Position numbers and translations under genes: made by a program. A model generated the notes under the pieces. That model was not told where the DNA came from and did no database searches. It worked only from the letters and a program-made list of their open reading frames with translations. This document shows positions 53,552 through 64,000 of a DNA stretch of 64,000 nucleotides, in pieces. The DNA is from Octopus sinensis (taxonomy: Eukaryota), in assembly GCF_006345805.1 (NCBI RefSeq), contig NC_043015.1, positions 20,770,001-20,834,000 of the forward strand. The letters run 5' to 3'. Positions within the stretch are counted from its first letter, which is position 1; the number at the start of each line of letters is the position of its first letter.

Positions 53552-54150
53552 CACCAGCCAATGTACGCCACTAACCTAGAAGGAATATAAGAGACGCCAC
53601 GACAGTATAGCCAGGCTTTCCATTGGACATTTGCAACAAGTATGGACTTGACAGAGCAAAAGGTTGGTACGACCGCAAACCTGAAGGCATTGTCGAAAAT
53701 TGAAATGCAAAGATCCTATGGGATTTTATGATTCAGTGCGACCACGAGATAGGGAATAGGAAGCCGGACATAGTCTTGATTGAGAAAGAAAACAAACTAT
53801 GCTGGATCATAGATATAGCATGCCCAGCTGACAACAAGGTATGCGATAAGGAAGAAAGAAAAGTTGATAGATATAACAGGTTAGCCTGGGAAGTTAAGCA
53901 GTTGTGGTCGATGAAATAGGTAGCAGTAGTACCAATAGTTGTCAGAGTCCGGGGAACAGTGAGCAAAAATATCAAGAAGTACGTGGAACAAATAGGGGCT
54001 GCAATAAGGGTGGAACACTTGCAGAAAACTACACTCCGTGGAACCGCTCGAATACTCCAGAAGGTGCTCGAAAAATAAGTGGTGTTACCTTAGTTCACTG
54101 GTAGTGAACAGCTGACAGTAAATCTTCAGCGTTAGAATCTGTACAAAGGC
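53552..54150 (+). pseudogene. 5'-truncated R4/Dong-type non-LTR retrotransposon: restriction-like endonuclease domain and 3' UTR
   Basis: With stops and frameshifts: C..KEYKRRHDSIAR..HW..CNKYGLDRAKGWY.RKPEGIVEN*NAKILWDFMIQCDHEIGNRKPDIVLIEKENKLCWIIDIACPAD...KEERKVDRY..LAWEVKQLW...VVPIVV..GTV...LQKTTLRGTARILQKVLEK* (TAA at 54076-54078). RHD, PD..D and KE..KY motifs of RLE LINEs. Confidence 0.9.
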
Positions 54151-54211
54151 AACGACGACAACAACAACAATAATAATAATAATAATAATAATGATAATAA
54201 TAATAATGATG

Positions 54212-54256
<45 letters not shown>

Positions 54257-54267
54257 TAATAGTAATA

Positions 54268-54333
<66 letters not shown>

Positions 54334-54335
54334 GT
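54150..54335 (+). repeat. (CAA)(TAA)n tract: tail/target of the R4/Dong copy
   Basis: Directly visible. A similar (CAA)(TAA) run flanks the 5' side at 53505-53551. Confidence 0.9.
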
Positions 54336-54514
54336 AACATTAATAATTATGATACGTGTGTTTGTGTTGATATTGAACTTATTTGTAAAAAAATTGGAAT
54401 TTAATTCGCGCGTCCAAAGAAATTCGCTCCGCACTTATGCGTGATAGCTGAAGAAAATTCTCTAAGACATTCTCTCGAAAACCGAACAGTGAGGAATAAG
54501 TTACATAATGATGA

Positions 54515-54710
54515 TTTCCAATTTTGTCACAAGGTCAGCAATTTCGGGATTAGATTGACCCAGTACTTATTTCTGGTACTTATTTTGTCATTACCCGAAA
54601 TGATGAACGGCAAAATCGACCACAGTGGAATTTGAACTCAGAAAGTAATGACAGACGAAATGCCGCGAAATATTTTAACCGGCGTGCTATCTATTCGGCC
54701 AGTTCACATC
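54515..54710 (-). mobile_element. SINE family C
   Basis: ctggtacttattttgtc...gatgaacggcaaaatcgaccacagtggaatttgaactcagaa...gacagacgaaatgccgc...ggcgtgcta. Confidence 0.8.
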
Positions 54711-55521
54711 ATAATAACTAAATTACACTAAAAACAAAAAATTACCTCAGTATGAAGGAGGGAAAGTGCTTAAACACATTTGGCGGTTTCAAAAGTGGGT
54801 TGTTAAATGGGGCCGGGATTTCACAAGTTATTTTAAAGAATTATAATGATAGAGTTCAAGGAATATAAAAACGCGAAGAGAAGTAATGAAAATATTTATA
54901 TATACTGAAACCGAGGTCAAATGAGGCAAGGTCTTCAGGTACCGAGAAAAAAATTGTTCAATGCATTTTCATAAAATTTAGTCCTCAAACCTTTGAATCA
55001 ATCGCACTATATTTGTCACATGATGCTTCGATATTCGCTGCCAAATCAAGAAAAGAGTGACTTAGGTCTTCATGTAATTCCATACAAACATAAATTTTGA
55101 GAATAAAGTGAAAGAGTTTCGATCAGAAAAGATAAACGCACAGCTCGATTGAAAGAACCGTATATAATGTTTCTTGTAAAACACACACACACACACGCAT
55201 ACACACATGCGCGCATACACACATGCGCGCATACACACACACACACACACCACATAACTTATATATTGAGAAAATATAAAAGGAGATAATTTGGTTGTTA
55301 GGCGTATTAAATATTTATAGTCATGAATATCATATTTTATATATATATATAATATACATCTAATACATATATATATATATGTCTGTATATATATTTATGT
55401 ATCAACATAATTATAAAAATATATTTATGAGTGTGTATATATACGTACATATATGTATATGTATATATATATATGTATGTATATATATGTGTGTGTGTGT
55501 GACAGATAGAAGCATACATAC

Positions 55522-55584
<63 letters not shown>

Positions 55585-55649
55585 ATATGTATATATACAT
55601 ATATGTATATATATGTATATCTATATGTATATATATATGTATATATACA

Positions 55650-55731
<82 letters not shown>

Positions 55732-56868
55732 TATATGAACATATATGGTTGTATGAAATATATGCATATGCGAACATATACATATATATTCATGTGTGTG
55801 TGTGTGTGTGTGTGTGCGTGAGTGTGTGTTTATTTATAAATATATGTATACATACGCGTGTGTTTGTATATAATGTTCGTAGTTAAATGTCTAAACATAT
55901 TTACGATTTAATGTTCGCCTTTAATTAGAATATAAAGAAAAAAAAAGATCCCCCAAAAAACTGTTATGTTGATCCACGAAGCTTTGTATACTTTGAAAGC
56001 GCCACATTAATTTTTAATGTAGGAAATTTAGAAATTATAGTAACACAACATTACAGCAATCCAGAAGCAATTAAGATGTTTTATATGAACAAAAGAGAAA
56101 CTATTCATATTATACGGTGGCATATTAAAGTTATTGAAGTCTTTATATATGTATGGTGGCCAATTGCATGCTTTCAACTTTTGTTTTCTATAAATTATAT
56201 GTCGCTATTAATTTTACTTTGGTGAAATAACACACATCGACACACATATGTATATTTATAAGTATAGGTTGTATATATATATATATATATATTTATAAGC
56301 ATACACTATATACATACCTATATACAGAGAGAGAGTGAAAGAGAGTAATTTATATATATATATATATATATAATATATATCCAACAGAATTATGAGTAAA
56401 TATACGCGCACACATATCTATTTACACATACGTACAAATGTACGTGCGTGTGTGCGTGTATATACACACTTATGCATGACCACATACCACCATACTGACA
56501 TAAATATAAGATCATACTAACGAGTGTGTGTGTATATATACACACACACACATATATATATATATTCACGCACGCATACACGCATTCCATATTCACACAT
56601 ACCCATATATGTTAGAAGGCGACTTTTTACTTCGTTTTTATTTATCATGTGTACGAATATACGTGTATGCGTGTTTTAGTGTAAGTATAAAATTAAGTAA
56701 AACCGATGTTAGTTGTTTGCAGGAAATCGGAAAGTTTTCCCAGAGTCGTTGCGACTACTGTCACAAAATTAGGGTGAAGGTGCCTCCTTCGAAATTGATG
56801 AATCAATCTCAGTACTTTATTTTTTTACACCTGATATTTCACCCATCGTATCTGATAATTATTGCAGG

Positions 56869-56908
<40 letters not shown>

Positions 56909-56995
56909 TGTATGTATGTGTATGTATATATATATACATATATATGTATTTATACACATACATGCATATATATGCATGTACATATAACATATGCA

Positions 56996-57057
<62 letters not shown>

Positions 57058-58954
57058 TATCCCTGTATGTATTCTCTTTCGCTTTCTCTCTCTCTCACTC
57101 ATATATATATATATATAATATATATAATGCATTTATGTATCTGTATATAGCAAAGTTGACATGGCCGGCAGTATGTGTTCCTGGATCCTCAGAAGTTTCC
57201 AGTTGAGAGCTATCCGCACCATTATCCCTCTCTTCTCTACTTTTGCGCGACCCCACTTTGAATACTGTTATCCGTCTGTGTTCTCCCCACATGAAATAAA
57301 GTACCATGAAAGCTGAAGCACCTTAAACGTCAATTACAAAACAAGATAGATGGCACGACAGGCCTTGACTATTGGGGTCGACTAGAAATGATCAAGCTTT
57401 ATTCTCTCCAACGCTGCTGTGAGCGCTGCATGATGTGGAAAATATCCCATCAGCATTGCCCAAATGATGTTGGTATCATCTTTAAGATACACCTAAGTCT
57501 TGGGCCCCGTCCTATCCGCCTACAACATAAATCACACTCGAATCTCATAACAACAACACAACACAAATGTTTCACCACAACTATAATGAAGTCTACCGCA
57601 TGGGTATGCTAGTAATCGTGTCCATGTTCGTAGCTCGGTTAAGCCAGAAACAAGCATATATATCTGAGGGGTAGAAAGGGCTCCTTAGCCGTAGTGAAGG
57701 CAATCTATCTAGGGAGATAACCTTACAATAAATCACTGGGTCCGTAGCTTAGAAATACTGGGTTGACGTCCAGCGGGAACACCTTTGTTTCATGGAGGAG
57801 GAAAGATCTTCTTTAGTACTTGGTTGTACAATGCTTTCCAATGTGTGTAGTAGTGGCGCGCGCACACATTATTAGCCATTTGAAAAGACTATGAAAGTCT
57901 CGACCACGGTCGAACAATGATGATGATGATGATGATGTGCGTGTGTGCATGTGTGCATGCGTGTGCGTGCGTTTGTTTGAGTTTGTTTGTCTCTGCCTGT
58001 GCGCACCTCTATGTTTGCGTATGTGTGTGTATGTGTGTGTGTGTGTGTGTGTGTGTTTGTGTGTGCGTCTTTGTGTGCTATAATGAATTTATAGCTTTGA
58101 TATTTACTGTTAATAAGATTTTTTCACGTTATCGAAGTCTCTAAATTCTAATATAAATATATATATATTCTCACACACACAATCACATCCACACGTATAT
58201 ATATATATATTATATATATATATAGGACAGCTATCTTTGTATCTGCACACACGCACACACACACACACACAGATATAGGGGTGGTATACAATATTAGACG
58301 AAAAGCACAAAGACTAAAGATTCAGTGGCAAAACTATATATATACACGTGATTCTTCTGCGGATGAACGTCTACCCCGCTTTGGTGTAGCCTACCCCGGT
58401 TATGAACGATCATGTATACGCATTACATGCAGTTATATCTTGGCTCACATGCTTAAGTTTATATCTAAAACTAGAAGTGTAACGTCTGAAAACTCTTTCT
58501 CGAAAACCTAACAGCGAATAATTGATAATTATCTTTTCCCACGGAGCATAACCTTGTCCTTTTATGAAAAGAAAATGTTTAGTATACGTCGTTATACACA
58601 TTCCTTTCAAGAGATGGCCCTGGAGCGTATCCAGGTGCAAACAAAGAATTTTTCTTTATTTTAAATATTTTCTTGTTCATATGTTGTTGCTGAGGAAGAT
58701 GATAAATATATCTCCTTTAATAATGCGATGTAAGTCAATAAACAAGTGTATTTAGTGATGGTTTAAGTACCGTCAAAGCAATTAAAACCGTGGCGACAGC
58801 TTCCATCAATAATCATTTTGCAGCCTGTAATAGTTCGCTAAAATGGATAATTAATCCTCGACGGGTCTGTAACTAAAACTCCAGGAAAGTCGGTTGAGTA
58901 CAGGCTCGGTCTCTACCCAGCTCTTTATCATTTTCTCTCTCATCTCAATATATA

Positions 58955-59020
<66 letters not shown>

Positions 59021-59136
59021 ACTTCAGCAAAAACAATTAAGATTCAAGTGAATTCCAATGAATTCAAATGAATATGGTACTTAACTTAGATGCACGAGAG
59101 TTGTTTATGTATTAACCATAAATAATGTGGGGTGAT

Positions 59137-59352
59137 TATAACAAGAAAAAAGCAACAAGAATGGATTAGTAGTAGTACAAGTGTTTCATACAAAGAAAAA
59201 TTTTATTTAAAGCTGCACGTATTGCAGCAAATACAAATTTCCAGTACTCATCAGCTATTTGCTGCAATAATTGCAGCTTTAAATAAAACTGTTCTTGGTA
59301 TGAAACAATTGTACTAAACTACTAATCAATTCTTGTTGCTTTTTTTCTTGGT

Positions 59353-59356
<4 letters not shown>
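59137..59356 (-). ncRNA. 220-bp foldback with a minimal hammerhead core at its apex
   Basis: Arms 59137-59233 and 59256-59356 are near-perfect reverse complements. The 22-nt centre on the minus strand reads G-CUGAUGA-GUACUG-GAAA-UUU-G. Confidence 0.6.
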
Positions 59357-59379
<23 letters not shown>

Positions 59380-59384
<5 letters not shown>

Positions 59385-59413
59385 CTATAAATACACGTGT
59401 ATTTATAGTGAAT
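59380..59413. repeat. Perfect 34-bp palindrome
   Basis: attcactataaatacac|gtgtatttatagtgaat. Confidence 0.95.
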
Positions 59414-59670
59414 GCATAATGAAATGTGGAAATTGACGATTTAAAGTCTGTAATCACCATATTAAAGGTAATTTAATATGCTGCCACTTTTGATGAAATA
59501 TTTTTCTTAAAAAGTGTTTATCCTATATTACTAGTAGTAGTAGTATATATATATATATATACTATATATATATATATATATATTATTGTGTGTGTGTGTG
59601 TGTTGGTGGTGTGTGTGTGTGCGTGTGTGTGGTGTGTGTGCGCGTGTGTGTGCACACGCGTGTGTATAAA

Positions 59671-59883
59671 AGGGGAATTTACAGGAAAATAAAAAAACAA
59701 AAGACAAAGAGAGGTAGTGTAAACAACAAACAGATGTTTAATATAACGCTCGGGATGAAAAGTCTTTAACGTTTCGAGCCTACGCTCTTCATAGAAAGAA
59801 ACACAGAAAGAAACAGAGGAGAAAATAAAGAAAGAACAAGGAAAGAAAATAAAGACTATGTAGTGGCTAGCGATCTATCATGG

Positions 59884-59886
<3 letters not shown>
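59671..59886 (-). mobile_element. Short repeat family H3a with a minimal hammerhead remnant at 59763-59799
   Basis: Minus strand UCUUU-CUAUGA-A-GAGC.GUAG.GCUC-GAA-ACGU-U^AAAGA. Helices intact, core one nucleotide short of CUGANGA. Confidence 0.65.
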
Positions 59887-59952
<66 letters not shown>

Positions 59953-60476
59953 GTGCGTGTGTGTATAACTTACGCGATATGTGTATGCAGTATATATATA
60001 TGCTTCTTGTGTATGCATAGTTTTGTACATGTGTTTATATGTATGTACATCTGCATACATACAGGGAATTAACAGTGCGCAGTTCCCTAAAACGATTGAT
60101 GTGAAGAGGTCTTTAAATAAATCATTTACTTAACCTTAAAACTCGCCTTAAAGCTAGTACAAGTGATATAATATTTATATTTCATTGTACTAATAAAGCT
60201 GTACTTTAAGCGCCAATTATTTGTGACTATACCTACATACATATATACCAGTTCTGATCACTTATAAAGTTTTGCTATAAAAATATGTGTGACACCCTTT
60301 AGGCTACGGCTGATGTAAATTCTCAATAGAGTCCTTTTATTCACAAGCACACACACACACACGCACACACACACGCACACATCACATACACACATACCAC
60401 AATGTTATTAATGTGTAGGTATGTCAGCATGTATAAAATTGCGATTATATGTTCTATATACATACATACAAACAAC

Positions 60477-60519
<43 letters not shown>

Positions 60520-60653
60520 TGGATTTTGTATCCACTAATATATTTGAAAAGCTGTAATACTGACACTTCTGATATCTCTCCCACATTTCTCTCTCACACA
60601 CACATTATCTATGTCTCTATGTACCTGTGTGAAAAGATATAATATATATATAT

Positions 60654-60700
<47 letters not shown>

Positions 60701-61613
60701 ATATATATATATATATATATATAATATTATATATATATTATATATATATATATAGATATGTATGATATCCAAATAAAGGATAGTATTTATCAGATTTGTG
60801 ATAACCTCAGAGAATATCACACCAATCTCTTTCTACACTTAACAATAGTTTGCCAGAAACATTAAGAGGGTCAAACTAAATCTGTGCCATACATCGTCAC
60901 TCCTATATGTTCAATGTACATATATCTATTTCATTTACGTCTACATCTGTAATCCAATAACGTACTCCTATATATTTCTATAAAATACACTATTCCAAAT
61001 AGCTTACTTACATATATTGCGATAACGTACTCATATATATTTGAATAACGCGATGTATATATTCCAATAACGTACTCGCATATATTTCCATATAACGCAC
61101 TTGCATATATGACAATGATGTAATCATATAACAGTACGTACCGCACCATACATCCATCTATCCATACATACATGCATACATACATACATACATTCATAAA
61201 TACATACATACATACATACATACATACATACAAAAATACATACATACATATACACACACATATATTCCAAGAAATACTGACTCTGATTTGGAATCGATAA
61301 ACTTTGGAGTTGGTAATTAAATATTGCCTTCATTTGTCTGATTAGCATTTGCATATGCAGATTAGTTTTACACATATGTAGAGATTTTCTGTCTAATTAT
61401 CAATGTATCTATACATCCGCCTCTTCTTCTCTAATCTTGCGTGTGTGTATCTGTATCTCACTGTCTCTCTGTGTATACACACACACACACGCACACCGAC
61501 AGACAGATACAGACACTCACACACACATACAGAGAGAGAAGTGGGCGATGGAATGAGTGAAAATTAGATAAAATGAATTGTTTCTTCCATTTGGTCTATC
61601 TTTTAATATACTT

Positions 61614-61652
<39 letters not shown>

Positions 61653-63940
61653 TACACGTACACACACATATATGTATGTATAAAAATATGTATGCATATA
61701 TGTATATACGTATGTGTATGAGTAACTATTTCAAATATACGTGTGGTGTGAATGTGTGTGTCTATCCCTCTTTCTACATACAAGCAATATACCATAGGCA
61801 CACTCAAAACCTGTTACAAAAGTATAACTCCTGCCTCACATACAAAACACTCACAAAATAGAAACCGCACACGACTTCACCTAAACCCACATTCACAGAG
61901 ATTCTTTCAAACACACGCAAACAAAACCACACAAAACGGTAACCATTCGGGAATAGTTCCCCACCCACCTTTCTGTTACAGACACAACAGCCTTCGTAGT
62001 GGAGCCACTCAAGATACACATAGACAAATACTTTCCCTGGCCTTCAAGTGAGAATCACAAGGGAACACTCAAATATAAACATACACACTCTCGCTCTGTA
62101 ATGATATATTAGACTCATGTGTCCGCTTCCTTTGCACATATTTCATTGTGTAGCTTGCTGGTGCTAAGGACCGCAAGAGAGAATATCTTTTAATATTTAG
62201 CAAACAGGCCAGATTACTCGAAGACGCAATAACTACCCGATTGTACCTGGTTAATATAAATGGTTTCATCTGTTTCCATTATCGCTGCAGTATCGTCTTA
62301 GATGTCAATTTTTGCTTTAGTAACGCCATATATTATCTTATAGACCTAACTACTAACGTCTATTACTACTACAGGCTATCATTTATACAACAGTTCGATG
62401 CATTATCGTAATTGGATAGCTTGTAAAGATGCTTTCTCGACCTGTCTCACGTTCGCATTTGAAGAAAAGGCAGGAGGCTTTTAGACACTAAATGTCTGTA
62501 TTGGTGATATATCTGTACGTGTTAATGTGTATGTTAATCCAATCTCTATAACCATCTTTCCTCGCCTATCAGTAGCACCGTATTAGCGTGTGTGTAGGTG
62601 TGTGAGTATATATGTGTGTGTGTGTATGTGTGTGATTATACGCCCGTTTGATACTTTGTCGTTCTCTCTAATGACATTGTGCTGAGTGTATGCAAAGAGA
62701 TACATGTCAATATGTAGACGTACTCTCTCGTTCACACACACACGCACACACATACACACACACAAACACAAACACACATGTAACAAGTATATGTGTTCTT
62801 ATCTCTGTATGAATGAACACAGTATATAGCTTTGTTACAACCATCATTAAGTATCATTACATATCGCACATCTTCGCTCTAAATATATATTTGTTCATCA
62901 CGCTGAGCATTTTGCTAAATACTTTACAAAGAAAAATATTCTAGTAGAATGTTCGAAGTATTTATTTTCCTAATTACCTCCTCCTCCTCCTGCCCCCCTA
63001 CACATGACGTATGCATCTAAGTTCCTGTATATTTGAATGTTCTATTATTCTTGTGTTAACTCTGTATATCCATGACCCAGTGGTTTTTCTTTTCGGATTT
63101 TCTGTGTACGGGGAAATGCAAATTAGGTCCTCATTATATAGTTTGGTGGGATTGCTTTGTTTTAGATGTAGCCTATTACAATCGTCTTATCTGGGAAGTT
63201 ACAGGGATAACAGGGTATCTTTGGTTTTGTACTGTTATCCTTTTACCAGAAAATTGTATAACGTTATATAACAAAGTATTGCAATCAATGTTGCTAGCAC
63301 ATGAATTTGAAAAGTCTACTGACATTTTGACACCCTTTGCTATAACCTAAAATCTAAGAACCATATAAAGAACGTAGCCCGAATGCAATTTCGGAGACAC
63401 GACTGGTTGAAATGAAATGCCTCTCGATAGAAGTAATATATTGAGGCTTATAATCGACGGATGATTTTATACAGATATACTTCAGGTTAACCATGAATAC
63501 ATTTAATATTCGATGTACACGACATATCTATTCATTTAGATATAGGTACAAATCTAATGATATACCATTTTAGATATACATATTCTTTTTAAAAGGCTGG
63601 AGCGAAAACACACAATAAAAGCAATAAACTGTACAGAGAATGTAACTAAAAGAAATTACTTTTCTGATTCTACCTGACATCATTAAGCATACGGAAATTT
63701 CTTGTGTCTTCATCAATAAAAATGCAAAATTTAAAACATACTCGCTTAACGACGTATGTTGAACTGGAGATTAGTTGAATCTGCTGCCAATAAAAGGGGT
63801 ATCAAGAAATACTAGCTTAGAAATCAAGCTAAAATTTAATCCAAATTATGATATCTAGGATCAAATAATATACAGTCGCGCGACGTTAACTAACACGGCA
63901 TTTCAAGGAAAACTCCACAACTTATAATTTTCACTACATA

Positions 63941-64000
63941 GGCGCAGGCGTGATCTGTGGTAAGAAGTTTGCTTCCCAGACACATGGTTCCGGTTTCAGT
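63941..64000 (+). mobile_element. SINE family A head, cut by the window end
   Basis: ggcgcaggcgtgatctgtggtaagaagtttgcttcccagacacatggttccggtttcagt. Confidence 0.85.

Noticed and set aside
63196-63217. aagttacagggataacagggta, resembling the I-SceI site and the LSU rRNA peptidyl-transferase motif
   Set aside because: Only about 15 contiguous matching bases. The flanks lack the conserved rRNA continuation (e.g. GACCTCGATGTTGG), so it is neither a NUMT nor vector sequence.

Overview
AT-rich, microsatellite-saturated eukaryotic DNA with no recognisable protein-coding exon, rRNA, bona fide tRNA gene or CRISPR array. It is either a large intron or intergenic sequence. The SINE families and the dense (TA)n/(CA)n/(TATC)n/(TAA)n tracts look like an octopus (coleoid cephalopod) genome; this is inference from recalled repeat families and was not database-checked. 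Contents: about 20 tRNA-derived SINE copies in three families (labelled A, B, C here), fossil LINEs (R4/Dong-type RLE 3' end, RTE-type fragments), a deleted Tc1 transposon, MITE-like foldbacks, and two near-identical 1.3-1.8 kb tandem duplications that may be assembly artefacts. The most interesting signal is a set of type I hammerhead-ribozyme (HHR) motifs in several unrelated short repeat families. Two have all core nucleotides (14675-14747 +, 49701-49791 -). A paralog of the first shows compensatory stem changes (15641-15713 -). One minimal core sits at the exact apex of a 220-bp foldback (59137-59356). Several minimal or variant copies also occur. All share the palindromic or very short helix III known from Penelope-like-element (PLE) and retrozyme HHRs. 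All folds were derived by eye and no activity is demonstrated.
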